64,000 nt of DNA. Origin: Amoeboaphelidium protococcarum X5 (Eukaryota; Fungi; Aphelidiomycota). Below the pieces are notes generated by a model. The model ran no database searches, was not told the DNA's origin, and worked only from the letters and a program-made list of their open reading frames with translations. Each line of letters opens with the position of its first letter. Within the stretch, counting starts at the first letter, position 1. The DNA lies in contig JALDTO010000098.1 of NCBI GenBank assembly GCA_023515725.1, forward strand, positions 1,638,164 through 1,702,163, written 5' to 3'. The position numbers and the translations under genes are program-made. Shown here in pieces: positions 40,718-53,077 of this stretch.

Positions 40718-40915
40718 TTATGTATTACGAACTGATTCGACTAACTTGAATTAATATTTAATGTATAATTGAAGTGTTGTAATGGGATAAAGTTATTTGC
40801 AATGGAAAGCGAAGATAAGACACAGAGAGAAGCGCGAGTGTGCGGATAAAGGAGATTTCAGTACCAAGTTAATATAGTTATAGTAATCTATTAAAAACAC
40901 ATTAATCATTTATTC

Positions 40916-42553
40916 TCATATTCTTAAACCAGATCTATCACGTACTTATTGCTGAGGAGCGGCGACAGTACCTTTATTATTACCATCACGATCATTCTTG
41001 GACACGTAGATTATACCCAGCAGACGATCCTTCTCCTGACGTGACAATTCATCATTCTTGTACAGACTATCCACAGTCATTGATCTCTTCTACCTGGATG
41101 CAAAATTTGCAAACCTTTTGCTACCAAACTTGATCGAGTCATGTAGTTGGTGTTATCCTTGCTAATTTGGTTGTGATGATGACGATGGACTATTTTGGGC
41201 GACAAATACATCCGCAGCTTTCAACATGTTCACCCTTTGAATGGAGCTCACGGACATTTTACCTTCTCCGACCTGCAGTATAGATTCAATGTCCGTATTG
41301 TAATGACTATTGACCGTGACTGCTGCGGTCAATGGACGGATATCAGGCGATGCCATAGGAATTGTTACACCGCCAACACCACCATCCACAGTTCTATGAT
41401 GACGCGACGACACAGTGTTGACCATCAGCGGTCGATCGCTACCAGCATCTGAAGATAACTCCATCTGTGATTGGGAGACACCACCATTTCTACCAGCAGC
41501 TCCACCCTCAGTTGATGAAAATAAGCTGTGCTTTGCAATCTTAATCAGATGATCAATATCATTGGTGACTGAATCGTTGGTCACCTCAGAGGCAATTGAC
41601 ATATCCGTAATCAAATCTGCATTCTATCCGCTGTCATTAGTATCGATGGTAGTCAAGGTGCCACGAGATCCATGCAACATCAGGCCATGAGGTACATATG
41701 CGTCCGTGGCATGGAATGACTATCTCAATCTGGTTGATTAATGCGTCTGCTGTTACTACTATTGCTGACTTCCATTAGATCTGGACAATCTTCTCAGACT
41801 GGAGAAGCTGCTAACATTCTTCTACCTGGTCAAATTACTATTTGATGATGATTTGGCATAATTGAACAGATTCTCATCGTCGCTCTTGTTCTGCACAGTA
41901 TCTCCAGAGTGCGCTGTTTGCTCCTTCTTTTAAGATCTATGAAGAAGAGTATCAATATCAGAGTTTTGTCTAGGCATTAGGAGCGTATTGACAGGACGTT
42001 ACTCTGGATCAGACATGACCATACTGTGAATACTACTACCACCGCTGGTTGTGAATCGCGCCGCAGCAGCCTCTGCAGATGTAGTGACATGAGACACGGA
42101 TTTGGAATACTTCCTAGTAAGCTATTGCGGTGAACCGGGTGACTTTGAGCTCACCGACTATGCCGACAGTGGATTGAATAGAGTATAGCGATTCGAAGTC
42201 TTGTTCTGAGCAGTCGATGGACGACTTTAAACAACCTGGGAAGATCCAGCAATGGCAGCATCTCCAGCAGTCTAAATAACATCAGCGGATCCATAGCCAG
42301 AGAAGATAATGTTCTCCTTACCATCTCCAGCATTGTAGCCACCATTGATCAACAGAACATGATCAATATCCTGAGCGTGAGAGTCGATACCATTCATACT
42401 GGATGCGATTATAGTCAATTTCAAGAATATCGCTGAAGATACTTTTATGTTTGAATGCAATTATTGTACTAGGATGCTTGCTATAGGAGTAGATTACAAC
42501 TTTCAACGTTCTCTGTGTATTTCAGATCACTAACGTGTTTCCATGACCACCAT
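40916..42553 (-). CDS. Ser/Gln-rich low-complexity hypothetical protein; intron ~42481-42534
   Basis: Long TGA-free frame under TAR=Gln. A GTTAGT...TAG intron joins a short ATG exon. Confidence 0.6.
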
Positions 42554-42825
42554 TATTAGGGTAAAACAGAGTCCATAAACGCGTTCATACTCAGTACTTA
42601 AACGATCGCTAGCCACCAAATAAAATATTTATTACAACAAAGCATAAATATCATAACACTGAATTAAAAAGCTCCTCAAGTTGTAAAATAATCGTACCGA
42701 TGAGTTTTATTAGTTGTAACAGAGCGCTTAACCAACCAGCTTTGAACTTTTCTTAAAAACCATCCTTTTCGTTCCCAGCGATCGTTCACCAGTAGTTCAT
42801 AAATTGAATGTTAAATTAAATTAAA

Positions 42826-43767
42826 ATGACAAACGCGACTGATTTGGAGTAGAAAATTGAGTCTGTGCTGGTTAGTCCTGCCGCTCTGGCTCAGCTGAAG
42901 AACACTTAGAATAGCTATCTTCTGGGCTACATTGACACGGCAAAGAAGCTGGTGGAAGTGACGTTCGCCTTACCGTTCAACCACGGATTTGCATCTAATG
43001 CCAAGGATGAGAATGCCAAGTATCTCAGTCAGGCACTGCAGCTATACAAAGCGATCAATGTCGACTACTTCGTGGTTGGTTTGTATTTCTCTGGGCACTA
43101 TGCCGGTTAGGATCACCAGGTGTTGGGTAACTACAAGGTGATTGAGAGAATCAATGAGTTTGCAAAGGATCATCCACAAGCGATTCTGCTCACCTCCCAA
43201 CAGCAGGGATAATTTGGAGCTTATTAGCTAAATACTGCATTTAAAAAGCAGTTTACCGCTAAGCAATTCACTATTAATGATTTGGAAAAGAAGCACTTGA
43301 ATTATGGCTCTATCTGGAGTCAGCTGCCTCTCTCACTGCTCTCTGATCAGTTTTCAGTGTAAGCGATTGCCGGATTACCAGCGACTGCTTTCACTGATGT
43401 TTTTACGCGTCTGGATGGCGGTAATGTCTCGCAGCAGTAGCAGACGAGTGAAGAAGAATTACTGGTGAAGTAGCTGGAGAATATGATCTCGATGCAGGAT
43501 CAACTGCATTAGGACTCGTACAAGTTTTCCAAATTTGTGTCCAATATCAGTAGACAGAGGCAGCATATTTAGCACTTGCGTAATCGACAGTAGTATTAGC
43601 AGTAGCAGTAGTAGTAGTAATAAGGTGGTGATGTGGCGTAATAAGAACAAGCCACTAGAAGTTATGAAGATAATGAATTTGGTGTCCGCGTTCCATCTGA
43701 GCCATCTCGATTGGATAATCTGCTAATTATGGCTGGCATTAACGCAGCCGTTGGTACTAAGAATTGA
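42826..43767 (+). CDS. EIF3H: Translation initiation factor eIF3 subunit h (divergent MPN)
   Basis: LLG...VEVTFALPF, INVDYFVVGLY, C-terminal EPSRLDNLLI. 314 codons. Confidence 0.75.
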
Positions 43768-43823
43768 ACTAATGAAATACATTTATTATTCATTTCAGAT
43801 ATCTATTTTTCAACTGCAAATAT

Positions 43824-44249
43824 TCATTTACTAGTGAGCATGTTGGGAATACCCTTTTTAATCTAGTACTCAGTCTCACACCGCTGGCATTGTAATTATC
43901 CTTCAACGACTTCAGTAAGGAGAGCGCGTGTGATATCTTCAAGTACTTTCTAATCCTAACCAACAGTGAGCGCGTCAATCTACTCTGGCAGTTGTATGCC
44001 CACTGATAAAGCTGTATGATACAGAGCCGAATAATCGCATTTACCGCTCTCAACAAATCCTCTCACAAATTGAATCTAATCTTCCAACAATTGATTCTCA
44101 TCATCATCAGTCATTGCCTCCGACTATTCAGTGGATTTCTCTGCCAGAACAACCTCTTTTAATATCAGCGGGAAATTTGGCGCATCAGATTTCAAAGCGC
44201 GACATGCAGCAGATGGACAAGCAAGAAGATTATGTGTAAGTAGTTTCAT
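43824..44249 (-). CDS. TRM112: Trm112 methyltransferase activator
   Basis: MKLLTHNLLAC...FPL...EVVEGQLQCQRCETEYQIKKGIPNML. Confidence 0.93.
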
Positions 44250-44454
44250 TCTAATTGTATAATTATTATTTCCACGGTTTAATATCTGGTGATGATGATA
44301 GACCTCATCAACTGGAAAAGGGAGCGAGAGGAGCGTTTTTGAGTTTTTCTCTCATCGTTTTAACTGAAGGAGGAAGTTTTGTTATTGCACACACAGTTTT
44401 AATTCTTTGATTTAACTATTTAGCATTTATTATTCTTATTATTTAGAGATTAAG

Positions 44455-45009
44455 ATGGATAAACTGCTGTAGATATAGAAAATGTCTGCCTAGCTGGCGG
44501 ACTTGTTGATTTCTAATTAGGAAGATATCAAGTCCATTGTACAGTCTAGTGACAAGGTTCATAACCGGGTGAAGGGAGATCAATTGCGGTTCAGTTCAAT
44601 GTCTCCTCAGGATGGAGAAGCTAAAATAAAGTACTTGGAAGTTCAGCTGATTGAAGCCGAGTCATAGATTACAGAGCTGATTAATGGAACCACCCTGATT
44701 ATGAATAAGTATCGTTAAATGTAGTAGAAGTACAATAAACTGATCAGCGATACTGTTGGAGAGTAAATGGGTGATAATCTTAGGGATGAGTAGGATAGTA
44801 ATAATAATAATATTCTGAAGGTTGTCATTTAAGAGAATGACAAGCTGAGACGGGAGAATGTGATACTCAAATCCAAGGTGGATGAAATGTATAGTCTAAT
44901 GAGGACCGTGGCTTTCAGTTCTGATGATGAGATTGAGAAGGATTCCACCATTCACTCTCTTGAACTCCAATTGTCCACTCTCTAAAAGATGCTTAAAATT
45001 GCCAATTGA
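44455..45009 (+). CDS. SIKE/FGFR1OP2-like coiled-coil protein (STRIPAK)
   Basis: LIMNKYRQM, KVDEMYSLMR, LELQLSTLQKMLKI resemble recalled SIKE-family motifs. Confidence 0.65.
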
Positions 45010-45026
45010 GTTTCCGTATTTGTATA

Positions 45027-45140
45027 ATATATATATATATATATTGTTGAATGTATGTGTGGTTTTTTTGTCTTGATTCCATCCATTTATTCTTATCTTT
45101 GTTCACTGTCATGCCTTCTCTCTCTCTCTCTCTCTCTCTT
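45027..45140. repeat. (TA)n and (CT)n microsatellites in the VMA6 upstream region
   Basis: Visible directly. Confidence 0.85.
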
Positions 45141-45260
45141 TCTTGTTATCAATTCATGTCTTGTCAATCGCCGCGCGTTTCTCTTCTCTCTTTCAATCAA
45201 AGGCATTGTGTGGAATTTTATATTCTGTTGATACCAATCATACTAGTAGATTGTATAAAT

Positions 45261-46394
45261 ATGCTTTCTCTTGGAGGATTGATGTATTTTAATGCCAATC
45301 ATGGCTATTTGGAGGCTTTAGTGAGAGGATTCAAGCAATCGATTCTCACATCGACCCAGTATGGGAACTTGGTGCAGTGCGAGACATTGGAGGATATGAA
45401 GTTGTAGTTGAGTGCCACAGAGTATGCTGATGTGCTGCAGACCATAACAGGATCTAAGCTGAGATCAAGCGATCTATCTGCTGCATGTCTGGACAAGATG
45501 GTGCAAGAGTTTAAACACATCCGCGCCAACAGTGACGAACCGCTTAGTAAATTTCTTGATTACATCACCTATGCGTACATGATTGATAACATTGTACTGT
45601 TGATCACCGGTGCCATTCACAATAGAGACACCAAGGAGTTGATTGAGAGGTGTCACCCTCTGGGCTAGTTTGAATCGCTGCCTGCGCTAAGCATATGCCA
45701 GAATGTGGATGACCTGTACAATCTGTGCATTGTGGACACCCCTCTGGCCAAGTATTTTCAGTCGTTTTCATCATCCTCCGACTTGGATGAGATGAATGTG
45801 GAAATCATACGTAATACACTGTACAAGTCCTATCTGGAAGATTTCGATCGGTTCTGCCGTGAAGAATGTGACTCTGCAGAGACTGCTGAAGTTATGCACG
45901 ATATTCTAGAATTTGAAGCTGATCGCCGAACTATAACCATCACCCTCAACTCTCTACATACAGAACTATCAAAGGATGAGAGACTGAAGCTGTATCCGGC
46001 CATGGGTAAATTGTATCCTGATGGCTAGTTGAAATTGAGCAAGTGCGAAGATGAAGATTCCGTCAAGATTGCGTGTGAACAGTATCCCCAGTATCGATAG
46101 TTTTTTGATAGCTCGGCATCATCGCTCATGATGGTCAGTGGATCAATGGGTGGTGGTAGCGGAGGTGCTGGCGCTTACGGTGGAGAAGAATCGTTTGTGC
46201 AGCACATGGAAGATGAATTCTTCAGGTACGAGGTAAATACTAACAAGTATGTGTTTATGCGTCAGTTCAACTTTGGTGTGTTCTATGCCTACTTCAAGTT
46301 GAAAGAGCAAGAGATTAGAAACATTGTATGGATCGCTGAATGTATTGCTCAAGGCCAGCGGGAGAAGATTAACAATTATGTTCCAATCTTTTGA
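45261..46394 (+). CDS. VMA6: V-ATPase V0 subunit d
   Basis: [60 protein letters not shown]. Confidence 0.97.
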
Positions 46395-46805
46395 TATTTA
46401 TATCGCTGGATTGGTATTCAGTCTGAGATGTTAATTGCGATTTTAATACAAATTCAGGTGGAATATTATGCGTGTTTTATTCTTTTATTGTATTGCTTGC
46501 ATACATGGGCCTTTTCATTAATAAGCAGGTGGGTTAGTTTAAAAGGATTACGTTCTTGACAGAGAGTTGAAACTTTTTTGATTAACAGATCGTAAAGGAG
46601 ACTACAAACACGGTTATATGTTGACGACCCATCTTTGACGGCAACTCTTCTTCTTCTTACTCCTTTCCTCTTATAAGTCTTATGAACAGACTGTGATTCT
46701 TAATTCTTTGAACGCTGAAAGTTCTCTCCTATCGTAATGTACAAGTCGAAAGACCTGCACTGCTCTTGCGCGTTAGAAGGTCCCGTAGAAGGAGTCACCT
46801 GAAAG

Positions 46806-47782
46806 ATGAGCGGATCATACATATCATTAAGAAAACGTTAAAGATGTTCCGTATGCGGCTTCTCAGGGCACTCTGCTGACGAATGCTTTGCGCCTAACGG
46901 TGGTTGGAGTCGCCCAGATTTTGATGCGCAATTACTTCAGGAAGATGTTGTGACAGTAACACAATGTGGTTGCACTGGTAAAGGACGGAGAGCGCGAAAA
47001 GCTGTATATTCTGTAGAACGAAACCTTGCGTCTGCATGTCGATGCATCTACTTTCGCACACTACTGCATTATTGATTTTTGGGAAAGTCGAGATGTCTAT
47101 CAGTCGATGATGAATAGGTGGCAAAACGGGTAAAATGACCAGGCTATCGACGTAGATTTCCTCAAGTTGTCGAAAAGTATGGTTGACAATCTGATGCGCC
47201 CTTTCCGTGGGAATGTAGCTGGTAAAGACTTTGATTGGCTGGGAGATGGGCTTGGTCTTGATGGTGTCCAAGTTGGCGTGCCTGATAGAGCGCGGGAGAT
47301 GCCGTCAACTACCGTCGAATTAATACGGTGCTACGTCAATTCAAGGAGAATGTTTACGGTCCTGCTGGCGTGGAGATACTAAAGAATCGAATGCTCTTCA
47401 AGCCGATGCGCTACATTGCGACAGAGTATTTCACGCGTCTGCATAGTCATGTCCAGATGAATTTTGCAAAATCAATTGAACATTTCATGGATGCAAAGCT
47501 AATAGTTGAATGTCGCCAATTAAGTTTCAGAAAAGCATGGCTAAAGAGATACTTGCTGAAATGTCTTAATGGGACTCAACAGTATAATCAGGAGTCTTTA
47601 TTGTCTTTTGTGGCTGCTCGTCATGAGGAGGCGGATAGATAATTTACCTTGGGGCAGTAGATGAGATTTTGTCAATGTTCTGTAGCTTTCTGCTGGACAT
47701 CCACCATGAGCACCCTCTAAGTGCAATTAGTAATGACATTTTTTATAAGTACCTGGTGGGCGAAACGCATCACAAAGTGTGA
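46806..47782 (+). pseudogene. Frameshifted, 3'-truncated transposon-type gene: CCHC zinc knuckle plus putative Fanzor1 N-terminal (WED/REC) region
   Basis: RCSVCGFSGHSADEC knuckle. Segments TLRLHVDASTFAHYCII and MRYIATEYFTRLHSHVQMNFAKSIEHFMDAKL resemble recalled Fanzor1 N-terminal helices. Frame changes near 46995, 47320 and 47645. No RuvC present. Confidence 0.6.
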
Positions 47783-49312
47783 GGTATTCACTAAAGCGAT
47801 AAAATAAGATTTAGCTGCATTAAATTACACTTTTCTAGTATACTCGAGTCTCCTCTTTCATTTAAAAGTAACCGCAATGCAGAACACTTCTCGCTTGGAA
47901 AATACTCATACCACACAAGGTGTGATGTACTTTAGCGAAACGCCACACAAAGTGTGATGCATTGTCAAACCGCGATAAACTAAGATTTAGCTGCTTTTAA
48001 TCACACTTTTCTAGTATATTCGAGTCTCCTCTTTCATTTAAATGTAACCGCAAATGCAGAACACTTCTCGCTTGGAAAATACTCATACCACACAAGGTGT
48101 GATGTACTTTAGCGAAACACCACACAAAGTGTGATGCATTGTCAAACCGCGATAAACTAAGATTTGGCTGCTTTTAATCACACTTTTCTAGTATATTCGA
48201 GTCTCCTCTATCATTTTAATGTAACCGCAAATGCAGAACAATTCTCGCTTGGAAAATACTCATACCACACAAGGTGTGATGTACTTTAGCGAAACACCAC
48301 ACAAAGTGTGATGCATTGTCAAACCGCGATAAACTAAGATTTAGCTGCTTTTAATCACACTTTTCTAGTATATTCGAGTCTCCTCTTTCATTTAAAAGTA
48401 ACCGCAAATGCAGAACACTTCTCGCTTGGAAAATACTCATACCACACAAGGTGTGATGTACTTTAGCGAAACACCACACAAAGTGTGATGCATTGTCAAA
48501 CCGCGATAAACTAAGATTTAGCTGCTTTTAATGACATTTTTCTAGTATATTCGAGTCTCCTCTTTCATTTAAATGTAACCGCAAATGCAGAACACTTCTC
48601 GCTTGGAAAATACTCATACCACACAAGGTGTGATGTACTTTAGCGAAACGCCACACAAAGTGTGATGCATTGTCAAACCGCGATAAACTAAGATTTAGCT
48701 GCTTTTAATCACACTTTTCTAGTATATTCGAGTCTCCTCTATCCGTTGAAATTAACCGCAAATGCACAACACGACTCTCTGAGAAAATACTCATACCACA
48801 CAAGGTGTGATACACTTGAGCGAAACACCACACAAAGTGTGAGGCATTCACTAAAGCGATAAAATAAGATTTGGCTGCTTTTAATCACACTTTTCTAGTA
48901 TATTCGAGTCTCCTCTATCCGTTAAAAGTAACCGCAAATGCAGAACACGACCCTCTGAGAAAATACTCATACCACACAAGGTGTGATGTACTTTAGCGAA
49001 ACACCACACAAAGTGTGAGGCATTCACTAAAGCGATAAAATAAGATTTGGCTGCTTTTAATCACACTTTTCTAGTATATTCGAGTCTCCTCTATCCGTTA
49101 AAAGTAACCGCAAATGCAGAACACTTCTCGCTGGGAAAATACTCATACCACACAAGGTGTGATACACTTGAGCGAAACACCACACAAAGTGTGAGGCATT
49201 CACTAAAGCGATAAAATAAGATTTAGCTGCTTTTAATCACACTTTTCTAGTATATTCGAGTCTCCTCTTTCATTTAAAAGTAACCGCAAGTGCAGAACAC
49301 CTCTTGCTGGGA
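47760..49312. repeat. Tandem array of ~177-bp units (8 full + 1 partial)
   Basis: CGAAAC anchors at 47761, 47936, 48113, 48290, 48467, 48644, 48821, 48997 and 49173. Confidence 0.98.
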
Positions 49313-50132
49313 TTATGTATTGCTTCCAACGCGCGATTGGGGCGTTGTCCGTAAAGAGTAGCGTGCTGTTAAAGTAATTTAATCTACTGCCATAATTCAA
49401 GGTTGGTTGTCAGCATATGATCCTTGGTTAGAAAAAAGGCAAAATGTGTGTCGAGGCTGGTTGAATTCGGCTGATACTTTGACTTGGGTGATATGGTGCC
49501 GGTCTTTCATGAGATGTAGTCTGTGATTTTGAAGAACTTGATGAAATTGAAGTAATATTGAATAACAATTGATATTTTGTAAATAAATAACATACTTTAG
49601 AAGTTTTTATACTTGGCGGCATTTCTCAATTTCTTAATGAATATCACGCTTAATAACTAACATTAGAGACTTAAACTTATCACTCTGACTAATTGTTCAC
49701 GGCATGAACGAGTCAACATTTTTCATGAACTGACATAATCTAAGAAGGATTTCAAGTATAACACACTAATGAATTAGCAAAACTGTTTAACTTAAAACGG
49801 TCACAGACAGAGTGTGGCGTGGGAACATCTCGCCTAAAATTCCAACCTGTGAACGACGAGCGTGAGAATCGCCCAGTTAAAACGAGAAAGATTGGATAAA
49901 GAGTTCTCTACTGTAAATGCTTCGTTGCCAATTTCTCTTTTCGTTTCAATCAACAGGTACTCAATTCATAGACTTTAGTACGGTGTCTGTACTAGTGCTA
50001 CTGTATTATATAGTATTTACCTGCCTGTTAATTCCATTATTGTCTAGGATAAGCTGGTGATAAGGATTCTTCATTGTCTAAACTACTTTCGTAATTCATA
50101 TTTCACTTAAGTATAAGTATAAGTTGAGAGAA

Positions 50133-52049
50133 ATGGTGAACATTATCAACTTTAAAAGGTCCTTCTAGACTTTGGATGCAGTCAAGAATAGAAAGTTGAA
50201 GGAGTGGATACTGTAAAATGCTAAAATGATGCAGCCCAAGAGTATCAAGGTGTGTGATGGTTCATAGAGTGAGAACTCGGAGAACTTGAAGCAACTGGTG
50301 GACAAGAGAGTGTTAATCCCTCTGAGTCAGTAGAAGCGTCCCAACTCGTTCCTCTGCCGCACTCACCCCCAGGATGTTGCTCGTAGTGAAGGTGCAACTT
50401 TTATCTGTTCACAGAATAAGTCTGATGCTGGTCCGACTAATAATTGGCGAGATCCTGAGGAGATGAAGTAGCATCTGTTTAGTCTGTTCAACGGTGCAAT
50501 GAAGGGAAGAGACATGTATGTGATACCGTTCAGTATGGGTCCCCTTGGTAGTCCATACTCTATTCATGGTGTCTAATTGACTGATAGTCCGTACGTGGTA
50601 GCTTCCATGTAAGTTATGACTAGAATGGGTCAGCCAGTGCTGGACTCGTTGAATAAGGATGAGAATGCTCGTTACGTTCCCTGTTTGCATTCTGTTGGCT
50701 ATCCACTGAGTGAAGGACAGTCTGATGTCAATTGGCCGTGTAATATTAAGAGGAGAGCTGTTGCCCACTTCCCAGAGACTAAAGAGATCATGTCATTTGG
50801 TTCTCAGTATGGAGGTAATTCAATTTTGGGGAAAAAGGCGTTGGCTCTGCGTATTGCTTCAGTGCTGGGCAGAGAAGAAGGTTGGTTGGGTGAGCACATG
50901 TTAATCCTGGGCATTACAACTCCATAGAATAAAAAGTATTACATCGCTGCAGCTTTCCCTTCCGCTTGTGGCAAAACTAATTTGGCAATGATCACCTCTA
51001 ATCTTCCCGGATACAAGGTGGAATGTATCGGAGATGATATTGCGTGGATGAGATTCAATAAGAAGGATGGTCGTCTGTATGCTATTAATCCAGAAGCTGG
51101 CTTCTTTGGGGTTGCGCCTGGCACCTCTTACCATACCAATTATAATGCCATGAAAACTATTGAGAAGAATGCTATATTTACTAATGTTGCCCTCACTGCG
51201 GATGGAGATGTGTGGTGGGAAGGAATGTCTAAACAGGCGCCTGGATAGTTGACTAGCTGGCTGGGAGAGAAATGGACTCAAACAAGCGATAAAGCGAAAG
51301 CTAAGGCTAATCCAGCTGCTCATCCTAATTCTAGATTCACTGCCCCTCTATCCCAATGTCCATCTATTGATCCGAAATGGGATGCTCCGGATGGTGTCCC
51401 AATTTCAGCCATTCTATTTGGTGGAAGACGTAGAAATCTGGTCCCACTGGCTTATGAAACGTTCGACTGGAATCACGGTGTTTTGACCGGTTCATCGGTG
51501 GCCAGTGAGATGACCTCTGCGTCTGATGAAGGTTCCAAGAAGAATTAGTTGAGATTTGACCCTTTTGCAATGTTACCATTCTGTGGCTATCACATGGGAG
51601 ATTATTTCCAGCATTGGATTGATATGAAAGACAGCAAGGTGGATGGAATTGAAAATAAGAAGCTGCCCAAGTTGTTCCATGTGAATTGGTTCAGATAGGA
51701 TGAAAAGGGTAACTTTATGTGGCCTGGTTTTGCAGAGAATATGCGTGTTCTCAAGTGGATTATTGGTCGTATTGAAGGCACGGCTGATGCTACCAAGACT
51801 CCAATCGGGTACGTGCCGACTGTGGAATCTTTAGATTTGAAAAGTTATGACAGCAATGGTAGTAGCGGAGAGAAAATGCCAGATAACGAGGTGATGTAAA
51901 AATTGCTACACGTTGATAGTAAGGCGTATGTGCAAGAGACTGAGAAGATTAAAGATTATCACAAGAAGTTTGGCTCCAAATTCCCAAAGCAGTTGAAAGC
52001 TGAAATGGACAAGTTGGTGCAGAGACTGAATGAAGATTTGAAAAATTGA
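50133..52049 (+). CDS. PCK: Phosphoenolpyruvate carboxykinase, GTP-dependent
   Basis: [78 protein letters not shown]. 639 codons. Confidence 0.97.
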
Positions 52050-52101
52050 TCTTAAATATAATCAGATTGTGAGACTTATCATTATATTTTTGTCAGACCA
52101 A

Positions 52102-52968
52102 TCACGGAGTAGTCAGAAAGACATTCACATTCTCGGCATAGTAGAAATCTTCAATTTTAAAAGAGTGAATGTGGGCCATTTACTTTCTAACGTACTAAGT
52201 CATCAGAGCCAAATGCTTCATGCCAACTGTATCATCGTCCCGCAACAAGTACATATTTCTCCATAACGCTGCGGCTAGGAACGCGTCAGATTTCTCAAAA
52301 CCTTCATCATAGGCCAGTACACAGCCATAGTGACTAGACATTAGCTCCTACGTATAGCGATCGTATATCTTTGACTGAGTGACACCCTCCAACTGTAATT
52401 TCAGACCAATATCTGCCATGAGGTTGTCGATCAAAGCAGAGTTGATCAATCTATTCATTTTAGGTGTGATTACGCGTCCATCGCTTATCTCTATCTTTTA
52501 CTACGCCTAATCGCTGATGAATCTAGATTATAACATCCATAAGTGCAATTAAGTGATTGAGAACCAAGACTGGAAATTAGAGGGCATCTGGCAGCGATCT
52601 TCGCCATAGAATAGATTGAGGATATCGGGGATGGACTGATCAATCATGCAATACAGCTACTGCGCCCTCTTCTAAACAAGAGTTTTATCATCGTGCCTGA
52701 CCAGTAGATCTACCATGAAATTTCCTATCCGATTTGTTAAAGCATTTGCATTACTCTTGCGTCTTTTATCTTGAGCCTCTCTGACTTGGGATGTCAGTCC
52801 GAGCCCGTGATACTTATTCCACACCTTTGCACTTGCTTCGCTCTCAATCGGTGTTTACTAACTCTTTTGTGTACTAACATGAGATGATGACTATTGCGTC
52901 GTGAAGTATCTATTATGCTTATAAAGCGAGTGAGGTTTGATAGATCTCAAGTGCTAATATCGCCTCAT
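52102..52968 (-). CDS. CBP3: Ubiquinol-cytochrome c chaperone Cbp3/UQCC1
   Basis: FQSWFSITQLHLWML, AYDEG, DAFLAAALWRN. Confidence 0.9.
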
Positions 52969-53077
52969 TTCGTCACTTTATTAATACGAAGCGTGGCGTG
53001 CTAGTAAATGGTGAAAGAAGAAAAAACACGCAGAAATCATCACAATCATCATCAATAAGAGTCTCATGGACAAGATC

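Noticed and set aside
47936-48820. Array as a coding repeat (177 bp = 59 codons; one + frame is TGA-free under TAR=Gln)
   Set aside because: Other units are 175-176 bp and break the frame. With a single stop codon, open frames arise easily by chance.
47760-49312. CRISPR array interpretation of the repeat
   Set aside because: Sequences between the hairpins are near-identical variants, not unique spacers. No cas genes, and the context is eukaryotic.
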